Shown here piece after piece: positions 1 to 13,842 of a stretch of DNA of 64,000 nt. The stretch spans positions 150,412,001 to 150,476,000 of the forward strand of contig OZ024740.1 in assembly GCA_964016885.1 (NCBI GenBank), written 5' to 3'. The position numbers and the translations under genes were made by a program. This stretch comes from Eledone cirrhosa (taxonomy: Eukaryota). The notes under the pieces were generated by a model. It was not told the DNA's origin. It was given only the letters and a program-made list of their open reading frames with translations, and did not search any database. The stretch's first letter is position 1. Each line of letters opens with the position of its first letter.

Positions 1-1706
1 AGGAGAGCTGGATGATCATCAACGAGATCACAGGGAGGAAGAAAAGGTGTTCGAGTCAGATCCAGGGAACGGTGCCCGAGGATAGGAAGAGGAAATGGCT
101 AGACCATTTTAGGACCCTACTAGGAGAGCCACCCTCCACAGCCCGGAGCACTGGGGAGATCAGGCGGCTGTTTGAGGAACTGGATGTTGAGACAGAGCCC
201 TTCACCAGAGAGGAGCTTCAGAGAGCCAAGAAGAAGATCAAGGAGGGCAAGGCTCATGGAGAAGATGGAGTGGCATCAGAGGTGATGAAGAGGTGTGATT
301 TTGATGATATCATCCTGGGGTTCTGTAACGGGGCACTGGAGAAAGGAGTTGCCCCGAATCAGTGAAGGATCAGTAACATCGTCCCAGTGCCAAAGAAGGG
401 AGATCTCTCTAACACCAACAACTACCGGGGGATCTCACTGACGTCACTTGTGGCGAAGACCTTCAACAGGATGATTCTTAACAGGATCCAGCCTGAGATG
501 GAGAAGAAGCTCAGGGACAACCAGAACGGCTTCAGAGAGGGTAGATCAACCACCAGTCACATCCTGATGCTGAGGAGGATATTAGAGGGAGCTAGAGCAA
601 AGTGCCTTCCTGCGGTCATGGTTTTCATTGACTTTAGGAGGGCCTTTGATTCTGTGGACCGTTACTGCCTGATGAAGATCTTACAGGCTTATGGAGTCCC
701 CAAGAGGATAGTGGACCTGATATCACTGCTCTACACTAACACCAAAGCCCAAGTCATTACACCTGATGGGATGACAGAGTTCTTTGAGATACTGGCTGGA
801 GTGCTCCAGGGAGATACATTGGCTCCCTACCTTTTTATCATCGTAGTGGACTATTGTATGCGCCTTGCACTGGAAAAACACCAGGACACTGGCTTTACTG
901 TAGCACCGGCTCAGAGCAGGAGAGTTGGGGCGAAAAAGGTATCGGATGCTGAATTTGCCGACGACATAGTTTTGGTGACAGATACAGTGAAGGAGGCAGA
1001 GGATTTGATGCGGGAGGTTGAGACTGTGTCGATGAGTGTGGGGCTGAGAATGAATGAGACTAAAACAAAATATCTGGTAGAGAATGTTGAGAAGCCAGAG
1101 GGGATCACTAATGTAGGCGGGAAGCCGCTGGAATTGGTTGAGGACTTCCTGTATTTGGGAGCAAAGATTGGGAATACGGAAGATGATGTGGTTGAGAGGA
1201 AGAGCAAGGCCTGGGCGGCGTGTCACAGCTTGAGATCGGTGTGGAAGTCGGACCTTCGTAGAGACCTGAAAGTCCGCCTCTTCATTGCTGTAGTGGAGTC
1301 TGTGCTGCTGTATGGGTCTGAGACTTGGACACTGACCAAGAGACTCACTCAGATGGTGGATGGGTGCTACACGAGAATGCTGAGGATGGCTCTGAACATT
1401 AATCAGTATACACTGAGGATGAAAAACTCAGAGCTGTATGGGAGCATCCCAAAAGTCAGCTCAAAAGTGACACAGAGGAGACTGAGGTTGGCTGGACATG
1501 CTCACCGACATCCAGAGTTGACATTGCACTCAGTGCTCCTTTGGACACACTAGAAGAGGAAGACCAAGGTTAACATATGTTGATGCCCTAAGGACAGACA
1601 CTGGTCTGTTGGAGATGCAGGACATGGCAGCGATAATGAGGGACAGAGACCGCTGGAGAGAACTCGTCCATGGATCTCTGGAATTTTACCCGCCTTAGAT
1701 AGATAG

Positions 1707-1710
<4 letters not shown>
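1..1710 (+). mobile_element. RTE-clade LINE, RT domain and 3' end, inactivated
   Basis: ORFs 12-365 and 387-1553 are one frame broken by TGA where Trp is expected (PNQ*RISNIVPVPKKGDLS). RT motifs NYRGISL, QNGFREGRST, FIDFRRAFDSV, GVLQGDTLAPYLF, FADD, FLYLG. Disrupted C-terminus and (TAGA)n tail at about 1696. Confidence 0.93.
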
Positions 1711-1755
<45 letters not shown>

Positions 1756-1772
1756 CATTGGGGTAATTATTG

Positions 1773-1987
1773 GTTTCTCATTTAGGCACAGCGCCAACAA
1801 TTTGGGGGAAGGGGAAAGTCGATTAAATCGACCCCAGTGCATTACTGGTACTTTATTTTATCGACCCCGTAAGGATGAAAGGCAAAGACAACCTCGGCGG
1901 GATTTGAACTCAGAACTTAAAGGGCCATAACTCTATGTTGCAAAGCATGGTGTCTGACGCTCTACCGATACTGCCAATCCACAGCCC
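1773..1987 (-). mobile_element. tRNA-derived SINE, full length, long subfamily, with 19-bp TSD
   Basis: Minus strand has A-box-like TGGCAGTATCGG and B-box GAGTTCAAATCC. TSD tacattggggtaattattg at 1754-1772 and 1988-2006. Many homologous copies in the window. Confidence 0.9.
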
Positions 1988-2069
1988 TACATTGGGGTAA
2001 TTATTGAAGGCAAATATGTTGGAGAAATAACAGTCTTGATTACACACACACACACACATATATATATAT

Positions 2070-2248
2070 ATGAAAATATTCAGGACCCCGACGGCTGAGC
2101 TCCAGTCGTTTCGACAGTTCTAGCAGTCGAAACGGCCGTAGCTCAGCCGTCGGAGCCCTGAATCTTTTCATATTACCCGCTCTACTACCCTAAGTATCGA
2201 GTACTCTGATGCGTTATGGTCCACCTGGTATCTTACCATACCCTTTTT
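2070..2248. repeat. Fold-back PLE-terminus-like repeat (family A)
   Basis: Imperfect palindrome 2070-2171 centred on tttcgac..gtcgaaa. Flank 2160-2248 matches the reverse complement of 3961-4050. Confidence 0.75.
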
Positions 2249-2249
2249 G

Positions 2250-2292
<43 letters not shown>

Positions 2293-2295
<3 letters not shown>

Positions 2296-2420
2296 CAATT
2301 GTAAAACACAATAAATTGAGTTCAGATGCATCACTGAGTTTTCTTTTTCTATTCTATCATACTCTGCTCTGTAAGAGCATAGAGTGCTCAACCGGCATAC
2401 TGCCTCTTAGCTACCATCAG
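2293..2420 (+). repeat. Dispersed PLE-terminus-like repeat fragment
   Basis: aacaattgtaa..gagtgctcaaccggcatactgc matches 58730-58865 and partly 62240-62315. Confidence 0.7.
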
Positions 2421-2452
<32 letters not shown>

Positions 2453-3235
2453 GGGAACATGAATAGGAATAACTGAATGCGTGAGGGAAAAAAAACATGC
2501 ATGAAATGGAGGAGGTAAACTGTGCTATTCAAGCAATACCTCTGATCTGCAAACTGATTATTAATTCATGGAAGCTATTGATAGCTTTCGTTATTATTAA
2601 ATCACTCCAGAAATATGATATTTTGAATGAATTGGGTGGCACAGGGGACAAATATCCCTATGGGAAGATGATGATGAAGAATCTGCAAATGATGTGCAAC
2701 CTATAATTATGCACAAGGTTGAAGAAGGTGATTATATCATTCAGCCTGGTAATTATGATGGTTCCAGGGTACTGAATATGATGTACACTATAGTTCTGTG
2801 GTATATTAATTAACATTCGCGTTTAAAATGCTTAAGATTTACCTGGTAATTGCAATTTAAAGTCGTATAAAATTCTTACTTCAAATTTGTATGTATAATT
2901 AAAGCTTGTGAATTCATTATCATTCGCCATATTTATTATATACTAATATTAACAGCCTTAAACTGCATTGAATTTCCTAATTAAAAATACAAATTCGACA
3001 CAGGTATACAGTACTGCGATGAATGTGATTTCAATGAAGTTAGACAACTAAGTACAATTTCAAAAACGTAAAAATGCAAATGTCAATATTTATCAAAGTA
3101 ACAGGGGGATATTTCTTAGTAGGATGTATGTTTTGATGCACATACTAGAGCATCGTGGTGCCCAAATAGTTAAGAGGTTCACTCCACAATCATTGGGACC
3201 GGGGTGCGATTCCAGAGACACGTGTACCCTTAGCG

Positions 3236-3278
<43 letters not shown>

Positions 3279-3294
3279 TGTGTGTATATATGTT

Positions 3295-3465
3295 AGGTAA
3301 TTCCGAAGGAAAAGCAAAGGAAAAAAGAGTGCTCTATGTATAGAACAGAGCTATTTAATTAGAAAGTTAACAACACAAAATATAACTACTCCATTACCAA
3401 AGGGTTCAGGATCCCAGACAATAATAATATACGTCTGGATCGGTCGTCAGACATAGATTAAAGGT
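3295..3465 (-). repeat. PLE-terminus-like repeat with decayed hammerhead
   Basis: Minus strand reads CTGACGA-ccgatccagac..gtctgggatc-ctGAAC-cctttgg-TA-atgga. Downstream part resembles 62514-62600. Confidence 0.5.
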
Positions 3466-3629
3466 ATATATATAAATATTGACATTTGCATTTTCCCGTT
3501 TTTGAAATTATACTTAGTTGTCTACCTTCATGGAAGTCACATTCATCGCAGTACTGTTATACCTGTGTCGAATTTTTATTTCTAATTATGAAATTCAATG
3601 CAGTTTAAGGGTGTTGATATTAGTAAATG

Positions 3630-3745
<116 letters not shown>

Positions 3746-3909
3746 GGAAATCAGTAAAATCGAATCTCTGGCGGTTTGCAAGTAAATTCGGCCTACTTAT
3801 ATGAAATGATGAGTTAGCAAAGCACTCGATAAGATAGGACCTTAGAGTAATAACATACGTTTAAATAGCTTGACAAATCGAACATTGTGGTAGGCGAAAC
3901 TAACACACA

Positions 3910-3960
<51 letters not shown>

Positions 3961-3963
<3 letters not shown>

Positions 3964-4137
3964 CAAAAGAATTGTGGTAAGGAACCAGATGGACCATAAC
4001 GCACCAGAGTACTCAATATTTAGAGTAGTAGAGTGGGAAATAGGAAAAAGTATGAGCTCGACGGCAGAGCTCAAGCCGTTTTGACGGCTATTTCTGGACT
4101 GAAACGGCTTGAGCTCTGCCGTCAGGGTCATACTTTT

Positions 4138-4142
<5 letters not shown>
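3961..4142. repeat. Fold-back repeat (family A)
   Basis: Arms ggaaaaagtatga..gacggcagagctcaagccgttt and gaaacggcttgagctctgccgtc..tcatacttttcc. Third partial copy at 58281-58338. Confidence 0.8.
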
Positions 4143-4224
<82 letters not shown>

Positions 4225-4431
4225 CAAATGTATATATATAAATATATAATTCAATATAAAGAGAGAAAAACAAAGATATATACACATCTGTATTTAGGTT
4301 ATAAGGGACCAGAATTCGCTAGGTTGAATAGTATACTAACTATAAACAAAACCGTCTGCCAGACTCAATTAAAAGAAAAAATTAAGAAAAAACAAACCGT
4401 TTGGGATAACCTATATATATACATAGATATA

Positions 4432-4522
<91 letters not shown>

Positions 4523-4526
<4 letters not shown>

Positions 4527-5206
4527 GAGGTATATGGCCTTCAATGCGACGAAATGCCTACGACGGTTGGATGGCCACTGATGAGGACAAACTTTTTCAT
4601 ATGTAACCCATTTGCAGCGCCGCAGCTCCATTATTATCATATTTACACATATATTTTTTCCTCTGCTGCCACCAGTCTGTTTCGTTCTTTGTGTCTTTAC
4701 CCTTTCTAGCAGTCTCTCTCTCTGTTAGCCTCTTCCTCACCCTTCACTCACTCACTCTCTGTCACTACCTCTCCTCCTCTCCTTTCTTCCCGTTTGACCT
4801 GTCCGTAATCCTTTTCTCGCGAGCACTCGGCCAAGCCGGTATGAATTTTTTTCTCTCTCTCTCGTCTACGACTTCACAGAACTTATGTTTACCGAATTCG
4901 CAGACCAGACCCCTTCTTCCTCCCTGTGCGAAATTCCTTCCTTGCTCACATTTCAACCAGGTTTGATGGTCTTTATTCTCTCGTTCACGATTCAACCGAA
5001 TTTATATTCATAGAAATCTGGGACTTGTTTCCTTCTTCATCACTTTCTGCTGCTTAAACCATTTTGTTTGTTTACCCTAGCGTCCCCTTTATTTACGTGT
5101 CCCAACGACTTTTTTTTAGCCGTTGCTCGCACCAACCTGAGGTATATGGCCTTTAATGCGACGAAATGCCTACGACGGTTGGATGGCCACTGATGAGGAC
5201 AAACTT

Positions 5207-5214
<8 letters not shown>
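4523..5214 (+). mobile_element. Non-coding element with terminal direct repeat (family B, 612-bp period)
   Basis: 4523-4602 repeated at 5135-5214. Flanked by (TA)n. Homologous to 7791-8451 on the opposite strand. Confidence 0.85.
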
Positions 5215-5243
<29 letters not shown>

Positions 5244-5399
5244 ACAAAGAAATACACAGACACATGCGAGTACATACATATACATGCATATACCCACATA
5301 TGTCCCGGAATTTGTGTGGTCCAACCTTAAACGTTGTTGCTCTATGAATAATGGGGACACAATAATCTGAATGGATTAGATTGATTCAATATCAGAGCT

Positions 5400-5858
<459 letters not shown>

Positions 5859-5992
5859 AATGTAATCTGAGTTTTTCGAATATTAATAATAACTTTCAAT
5901 TCGTTTGCAATTATGCAAACAAACCTCAATTTTATAGCCATGTCAGTAGAATGAACCCTTCATTCTTGCTCTTGTGTTGGCATGTGAACAGA

Positions 5993-6038
5993 ACTGCAGA
6001 CACTAATGTTTCTGGGTATCACCCTTCATCAGTTCAGC
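5993..6038 (-). ncRNA. Type I hammerhead ribozyme motif, near intact
   Basis: gctgaa-CTGATGA-agggt gat accca-GAAA-cattagtg-TC-tgcagt. One mismatch in stem I, A.A at the stem II base, GUC triplet. Confidence 0.7.
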
Positions 6039-6410
6039 TCACTGTCAGAGCTAGTGAAAATATATGCTATTTTCAAAAATACAGTGACTGATCGGCCTGA
6101 TCTGCATATTAGCAGACAGGCTGATCAGTCAGATCTGCATATTAGCAGATCCACTGATCAACCAGATTTGCATATCTGCAGACTGACCAGTCAGTTTCCT
6201 GTATACGAGCGATAAATGGCAGGCTTTGCCAAATTCAAGTAAAAAAGAAAATTTTCGCTCTACATGGCTGAATACAATAAATGTAATCTGATTCGTCAAT
6301 ATTGAAAAAATGAGAGGGACAATTCTTTTAAAAAAAGTTTTTTTTATAATATATGAAAAGTATATAAAGTATAGGGAGGTACACAATACATTAGTAGAGT
6401 GTAAATATTA

Positions 6411-6539
6411 AATTTAATATAGAAATGGCTTCTACGTGACTAGAACTGTTTCATTCAAAAGAAATCATCAGGGCTTTCCTTATGATTTCTTTTGAATGAA
6501 ACAGTTCTAGTCTTGTAGAAGCCATTTCTATATTAAACT
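6411..6539. repeat. Fold-back palindrome centred on a hammerhead-like core
   Basis: Arms about 6411-6468 and 6482-6539. Left arm on minus reads CTGATGA-tttc tttt gaat-GAAA-cag. Related copy at 60265-60330. Confidence 0.75.
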
Positions 6540-6559
6540 TTATATATATGGCGTCACGC

Positions 6560-6892
6560 AGTAATACAGAGTACCCGACCTCCCATGGGTACAAGCTGAA
6601 GCATATAGACAATATGCCCCCACACCCTCCCACTGCAAGGTGGTCGTGGAGGTGCCACGGCAAAAAAGCACCCAGCCCACACTGTAAAGTGGACGTGTAG
6701 GCGCCACGAAAAAGCACCCAGCACTCACTGTAAATGAGGTTGGTGTTAGGAAGGGCATCCAGCTGTAGAAATCAAGCCAAAATCAGTTCCCGTATGAGCA
6801 AGGCATGGTCAGCCGACAACAGGACAACCCGTCTAACCCATGCTAGCATGGAAGAACGGACGTAAAACGGTAATGATGATGATGATGATGAT
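6560..6892 (+). mobile_element. SINE 3' part, Meta-domain-like
   Basis: gttggtgttaggaagggcatccagctgtagaaa motif, internal aaaagcacccagc duplication, (GAT)n tail. Confidence 0.6.
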
Positions 6893-6967
6893 ATATATAT
6901 ATATACATGTATTTATGTATATGTGTATGTATGTATATATGTATTTATTTATATAGAGGTAGAGAGA

Positions 6968-7028
<61 letters not shown>

Positions 7029-7593
7029 AGACTTAGCTATCTAGATAGCTGACCAGTCAGTTGAATATCCGTTAATGAATATTTATGTCTGTGTCTATAT
7101 ATTTGTACAGATTAGATACTACACTGCCAAAGCAAGCTAGCTACAATGCTACATAAAAGACACCACTTACATACATAAAGATATAAGAGCTGTTGTTATA
7201 ATTGTGTACATGGAATCTGTAAATGTCATGTTAACACACGATACTATTAAAAAAAATTAGAAACAGGGAAAAAATATGGCAAATGATATTGATTCTTCTT
7301 GATTTCTCCATATAGCTTTGAAGTTTGCGGAAGTAATTTGTTCGCAGTTTAAATTAAAGTATTTTTTATTGTTGCTTTTGCAGTAGATGTTGCTGTTGTA
7401 CTTGTAGCAGTATTTAATTTTGTTGTTGTTCTTCTTACCCTTCGTTACGACGTTCCCTTAGCATCACGATCATTACCACCACGACACCACTCTCATGAAC
7501 ACTATCATCGTCATCGTCATCGTTGTCGTCATCATCACGATCATAACATTTTCTTTATTACCATGAATGCACGTTCGTGCATATGCATGTATG

Positions 7594-7669
<76 letters not shown>

Positions 7670-7675
7670 TGTATG

Positions 7676-7711
<36 letters not shown>

Positions 7712-7715
7712 TGTA

Positions 7716-7790
<75 letters not shown>

Positions 7791-7797
<7 letters not shown>

Positions 7798-8446
7798 AAT
7801 AGGGGCGCTGCGGAGTTGCAAATGGGTTACATGTGAAAAAAGTTAGTCCTTCATCAGTGGTCTTCCAACCATCATAGGCATTTCATCGCTTTAAAGACCA
7901 TATACCTCCGGTTGGTGCGAGCAACGGCTAAAAAAAGTCGTTGGGACACGTAAATAAAGGGGACACGAGTGTAAACAAACAAAATGGTGAAGCAACAGAA
8001 AGTGAGGAAGAAGGAAACAGGTCCCAGATTTCTATGAATTTAAGTTCGGTGAAATCGTGAACGAGAGAATAAAGACCATCAAACCTGGTTGAAATGTGAG
8101 CAAGGAAGGAATTTCGCACAGGTCTAACGGGAGGAAGAAGGGGTCTGGTCTGCGAATTCGGTAAACATAAGTTCTGTGAAGTCGTAGACGAGAGAGAAAA
8201 AATTCCGACTAGCTTGGCCGAGAATGTGAGAGAAAAGAATTACTCACAGGTCAAACGGGAAGAAAGAGGAGGAGGAGAGGTAGTGACAGAGAATGAGTGA
8301 GTGAAGGGTGAGGTGAGGAAGAGGCTAACAGAGAGAGAGACTGCTAGAAAGGGTAAAGATGCATAGAACGAAAAAGACGGTGTAGCAGCAGAGGAAAAAA
8401 TATGTGTAAATATGATAATAAGGGCGCTGCGGAGTTGCAAATGGGT

Positions 8447-8451
<5 letters not shown>
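7791..8451 (-). mobile_element. Family B element, different permutation (619-bp period)
   Basis: Reverse complement of 4523-5214. Its own terminal repeat (7791-7832 and 8410-8451) is a different part of the unit. Confidence 0.85.
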
Positions 8452-8544
<93 letters not shown>

Positions 8545-8899
8545 TATATATATATACATACATATATATATATACATACATACATATATATATATATATA
8601 CATACATACATATATATATACATACATATATATATATATATATACATACATATACATACATATATCATAATTATATATATATATATATACATATATATAT
8701 ACATACATATATATATATGTTTTGTTCCCGTTACATTTTTCACTATATATATATATATATATATAATTATATATACACCTTCTTCTATCCTATAACTCCT
8801 GAGGAAATCGTTGGGCGCCGTATTGATATGTGGCATTTTAAAACCTGGTGGAGCCCATCTCCTCTCCATGTCTGAAAACAACAGATTTCTTCAGCTGAA

Positions 8900-9065
8900 G
8901 GATAGAAAGTGCGAAAGAATCGACCCACAGTATCTGACTGGTACGTTTTTATCGACCTCGAATGGTTGAAGGGCAAAGTTGATCTCGGCTGAATTTGAAT
9001 TCAGTGAGCAGAAAGCCCAAAAAGAATAGCGAAAAAAGTATTCTATCCGACATTCTTTGCCAATT
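8900..9065 (-). mobile_element. Diverged tRNA SINE
   Basis: aatcgaccc..ctggtac..tatcgacc..ggcaaagttgatctcggc..atttgaa. Confidence 0.65.
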
Positions 9066-9543
9066 AGTATATATATACAGTGTGTCCTCAAAAATATATA
9101 TACACACTTTGATCACCTGTACAGGCAATATTAAAAAATCAGGGGTGTTTTCCTCATGCCAGCACCACTTCCGACACTCGTTCCATAACTTTAAACCTAG
9201 CTGCTAGTATATAACAATGTCAGATTTGAATTCCTCACCACCATTAACACTTCACCTCTAGGACTTATCAGCCCCCACAGCATCACACTCTTTGATCTGC
9301 TCTTTCCTCTACACATCTATTTATCTCTAGCCTTATACTCTACAATAACTATTAGAAATAAACATAAAGTTACCACCTTTTAATATAACTACAATAGCTT
9401 AATTATATTATATACAGTAATGGATATATAATATGTAGAGACATTTAATGTAATATGTAATAATAAATTATATATACATTTATAATTAAATATTTAAATT
9501 AATAGCATTGTATATAAGGGATTTACTTTTAACACAATATAAT

Positions 9544-9692
9544 TGTTTCTACTCTTTGGCACAAGGCCAGCAATTACCCAGTGCATTACTGGTACTTTAT
9601 TTTATCGACCCCGTAAGGATGAAAGGCAAAGTTAACCTCGGCAGGATTCGAACTCAGAATGGTAAGGGCCGTAACTCTGTGCGCCAAAGCAT
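9544..9692 (-). mobile_element. tRNA SINE (short subfamily)
   Basis: Family match. Flanked by an about 82-bp duplication (9461-9543 and 9707-9789). Confidence 0.85.
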
Positions 9693-9966
9693 AACACAAT
9701 ATAATAATAATAAATTATATATACATTTATAATTAAATATATAAATTGATAGCATTGTATATAAGGGATTAACTTTAACACAATATAATGTATATTATTA
9801 CACAAATGATCTAACTAATTGGACATGTAAACAGCTATACATTTTTCCATAACTTATACCTTGTCCAGTAATGGATAGATAACAATCTAATGAGACCTTT
9901 AATGTATTATAGGAAAATAGACAGTATTTAAAATTAAGTATAAATATATAGCATTATGTAATAGAG

Positions 9967-10063
9967 TTCAAATCGCGCCGAGGTTAACTTTGCCTTTCAT
10001 CCTTTCAGGGTCGTACCAGTAATACACTGGGTAATTGCTGGCCTTGTGCCAAATGTAGAAACA
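9967..10063 (+). mobile_element. Truncated tRNA SINE with TSD
   Basis: TSD attatgtaatagag on both sides. Confidence 0.8.
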
Positions 10064-10846
10064 ATTATGTAATAGAGATTCACTTGTCTCACAATATAAT
10101 GTGTATTAGAGCAAAGGATTTAAATAATTGATATTCCTATATATTTTAATTTAATTTAATTAGCTAGTTACCTCCCCTTACGCATTAGCTCCCCTTAATC
10201 TTGGATCTCATACTCACTTCCGGAAATTAAATCGTTAGAAAAACTACCTATTGAACAACTCTAATCCATGAATAAGAATACTATAAGACCAATTTACAAT
10301 CCATTGCTGTAACTAACTTAAAACATTCAATTTAAGCATTAACTAAAATATCATTTAACATATGTAATGGAAAAGACAACAATAACTTTGATTTTCTCAA
10401 CACACACAAATTTGAACACTATCATCACATTACATCCGCCATAAATATTTAATGCATTAACACATTTGCTTGGTATTTTAAGTGATAACTTTGCCATACA
10501 GTATTTATTTATTTATCTATATATGCCTAATAACTTTGCTTATTTCCTTCGCATATATATGACTAACGCGTGTACACTTTCTACACGCTTGCATATGTAC
10601 TGCTAGTGTCCTCTTTCTTTCTCAATGCCTCTTTAATTATTAGACTATTCTCTTGTATTATCTGTCGCATGTATTCCACTCTGTGCTTTTAATTTTAATT
10701 TTAATTTTTGTACAATTCTCGTATAATATATGTCGCATCCATTACACCCTGTAAATACGAAACTGTTGTTCACAACATCAATATATATGTATCTATATGA
10801 TTGTTCAGTTGAATAAGAGGTCAATTATATGTACAAACATTGATAA

Positions 10847-10893
10847 TGCTCCGATGACACCAAACGAAAGTTTGGAAGAAACGATTGTCAGCA
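10847..10893 (+). ncRNA. Hammerhead-like motif with CCGAUGA core
   Basis: tgct-CCGATGA-ca-ccaaac gaaa gtttgg-aa-GAAA-cgattg-TC-agca. Confidence 0.6.
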
Positions 10894-11088
10894 ATTAAAT
10901 GATTTGAACATAACTTTGATAATTGTGTATTTTACATTCCTGCTCTGTAAAACACATGATGTTCTTACATTGAGCTATTTCTCTTACTGGTAATGAGGTA
11001 GTAGGAAATTACTGACCTTTACTGTTTATAGTTGTTTATAGTATATACATAACTATAAATAGTATAGATATTATTATTATATATATAT

Positions 11089-11169
<81 letters not shown>

Positions 11170-11228
11170 TATATGTCTGTGTATATGGGGGGGGGCCGTG
11201 CGTGTATATATATATGTATATATATATA

Positions 11229-12315
11229 CTAACAGCAATACCCAGCGTTGCCTGGGTAGGTAAAATAATATCTGCTTTGATGAAAAGGTGTTGATCTTAG
11301 CGACTGCTTCTATGATGATCTTAGCGACTCATCTATGGTCACACACAGGCCATGCGGGGGAGGGTGGTGATGACCTCTATCACTGAGAAACGCGGGTGAC
11401 TGATGAAGGGGCATGCTGGGGGAGGGAGGTAATGACCTTTAACACAAAGCCAAATTTCCTCACGCTACTTGATTGGAAACCGATGAATTCTCAAATACAC
11501 AACTAAAAGCTCAGACGACGTCAGTGGCCATCGTTTTGCCTTTGACAATCTATAAGATGTGCAATGATAGGTTCTATCGTAGTATACAAGTTGAACCAAA
11601 TAAATTGATTTATGTGTGAGGTGGAGCCGAAGTTTCCAATTTGAACGAAATCGGTTGAAAAATGTGGGAGCTAATGATAGGTCGCCGCCCCTGAACAAAA
11701 AATGCAAAGTGTAAAGCTACTATAAGATGTGCAATGATAGGTTCTATCGTAGTATAAAAGTTGAACCAAATAAATTGACTTATGAGTGAAAATACAGAAA
11801 ATACAAAATGTAAAGCCACTTTAAGACGTGAAATAATCAGATCTAGCGTAGTGTAAAATTTGAACAAAGTAGGTTGATTAATGTGGGAGCTAGAGCCGAA
11901 AAAGTGGAAATTTGAGTCTAAAAGTGGTAAAGTGGTATTTTTGAATATTTAAGCGGCTGCCACGCCGTGCCTGAACAACAAATCCAAAATATAAAGCCAT
12001 TACAGGATGTGCAATGATAAATTCTATTTTGCTTTAAAATCTGAACGAAATCGGTGGCAAAATGTGTGAGCTAGAGCCAAAAATCTTATTTTACGATACT
12101 TAAAAAAAGGTGACCCCCCCCCCCCTATCGATTTCTATCTGTAGAATGACCCCGGAATAAAAAAAAATGATACGCTGATATATAGAAAACACTCCCCGAT
12201 GACTAATCTATGAGCCTGTAAAGTTTCATGAAAATCGGTCGTAAGATGTAGGCCCCTATAGGTAATACACAGACACACAGACACACACACATACTTAATT
12301 TTATATATATACAGA
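11229..12315 (-). mobile_element. Non-autonomous Helitron
   Basis: Minus strand starts TC (tctgtatatatataaaattaag) and ends with hairpin acccaggcaacgctgggt plus TTAG. Inserted between A and T, no TSD. Internal tandem copies of agatgtgcaatgataggttctatcgtag. Confidence 0.75.
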
Positions 12316-12486
12316 TATATGTTTATGCATGTATATATAAACATCTACATGCGTATGTATGCATGTTTGCATGAATAAGCATGACTACATGTGTATATGT
12401 ACATATATTGCAGTATGCGTATTTTTGTTCCTGTTTGAGTGCGTGCTTGTATTCTGTTTGAGTGGGTGCTTGGTGTATTTGTGAGT

Positions 12487-12533
<47 letters not shown>

Positions 12534-12791
12534 AAACGATAGATAATGGTTTGGTATATGGTGCAGCACCAAAATACATAATCACGAGCTAATGAGTTAG
12601 ATGTGAAGATGGCGGACTAATTAGTGTGACATCCTGAGGTATTGTGTGTGCGTGTGCGCGCGAGTTAATTACATATGTATTATATATAGAACGCGTATGT
12701 CTATGTGTCGGTGTGTATTGGTGTGTCTATATGCTTGTATATATGTGTGTAGGTAATTTAAATGTATTGCTCGTTTTTTTTGTTGTTTTAG

Positions 12792-12910
12792 GCTCCACCA
12801 GTATTCATCACGGATTCATCGGTCTCAATGTTATTTTATTTATATGTTTTTTTTCCATTCCCTATTTTACTCACGTTGCTCTTGGCTACTGGATCATATC
12901 AAATGGAAAG
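12792..12910 (+). CDS. Candidate host exon encoding a signal peptide
   Basis: Polypyrimidine tract plus tttag acceptor at 12791 and AAG|gtaata donor at 12911. ATG at 12828 gives MLFYLYVFFPFPILLTLLLATGSYQME. Unique, non-repetitive sequence. Confidence 0.4.
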
Positions 12911-13084
12911 GTAATAGTACCTAGAGGACATTCTTTAACATTTGGAAATGATGTGTGTAATGTCTTAAGATTGAATATCTGCCAGCTGATCCGTTGGTTA
13001 TTTTTTTTGTTCAGGTTCTTAGTGGTGATTTCGTGCAACATGAATGCATAGCCGTAATCTTTAAGGAAATGAAAGGAGCTTATC

Positions 13085-13200
13085 CTGACAGAAGGAGCAA
13101 GTATTGTGTTCATGAATACATCACCTGGTCTATGAATCGTACCCATGACCTTATGATAGTGAGTCCAAGACCTTAACCACTAGGTTACACGCGCCTTCAC
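13085..13200 (-). mobile_element. CORE-type SINE 5' fragment
   Basis: Minus strand gtgaaggcgcgtgtaacctagtggttaagg..ggtacgattc..gtattcatgaacaca, homologous to 46630-46956. Confidence 0.55.
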
Positions 13201-13621
13201 TCATATTTAAGTTGAAATGGTATTAGGGCTGGATTAATTATTAACCAAAATAAGCACATGCTTAAGGAACAAAAGAAGGAAAATAATTTTATTCAAATTA
13301 AATGTATTTATCGTACCAAAAAAGTATTCTTTTTGCAGATATTATATGGAGGCAACATCGAAAGGACACAATCAGCCCTAGATGGTATAAGATTGTCATC
13401 GGGTTTGTGGTTAGTCCGTATATTGTATAAGCTTTAGCTTCAAAGTATCTATATATAATAAGGTGGTGAACTGGCCCAGTCATTTATATTTATATACACA
13501 TTTGCCCAGAAATAAATTTAATAGTAAGTGGTTAGATCGGAATTCTATAATAGTATATTATCTATATATATATATTGTTATATTTGGGGAGGGTCATACT
13601 GTTATAATATTGCCAGAAATA

Positions 13622-13842
13622 TTAATTGTTTCTTATATAGGCACAAGGCCAGCAATTATGGGGGAGGGGAAAGTCGATTAAATCGACCCCAGTGCATGAC
13701 TGGTACTTTATTTTATCGACACCGTAAGGATGAAAGGCAAAGTTAACCTCGGCGGGATTTGAACTCAGATCATAAAGGACCGTAACTCTATGCTGCAAAG
13801 CATGGCGTCCGGCCCTCTACCGGCACTGCCAATCAACCGCCC
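13622..13842 (-). mobile_element. Full tRNA SINE (long subfamily) with TSD
   Basis: TSD tattgccagaaata at 13608-13621 and 13843-13856. Confidence 0.9.

Noticed and set aside
1773-1987. tRNA gene (A and B boxes)
   Set aside because: No cloverleaf; it is a SINE head with body, tail and TSD.
2497-2790. Possible exon or transposase remnant (WEDDDEESANDVQP...)
   Set aside because: Stops in all frames and no recognisable motif or convincing splice pair.
4540-4595. Type II hammerhead (GAAA upstream of CTGATGA) in family B
   Set aside because: Stems II and III and the UH site cannot be formed in that register; kept only as an unresolved half motif.
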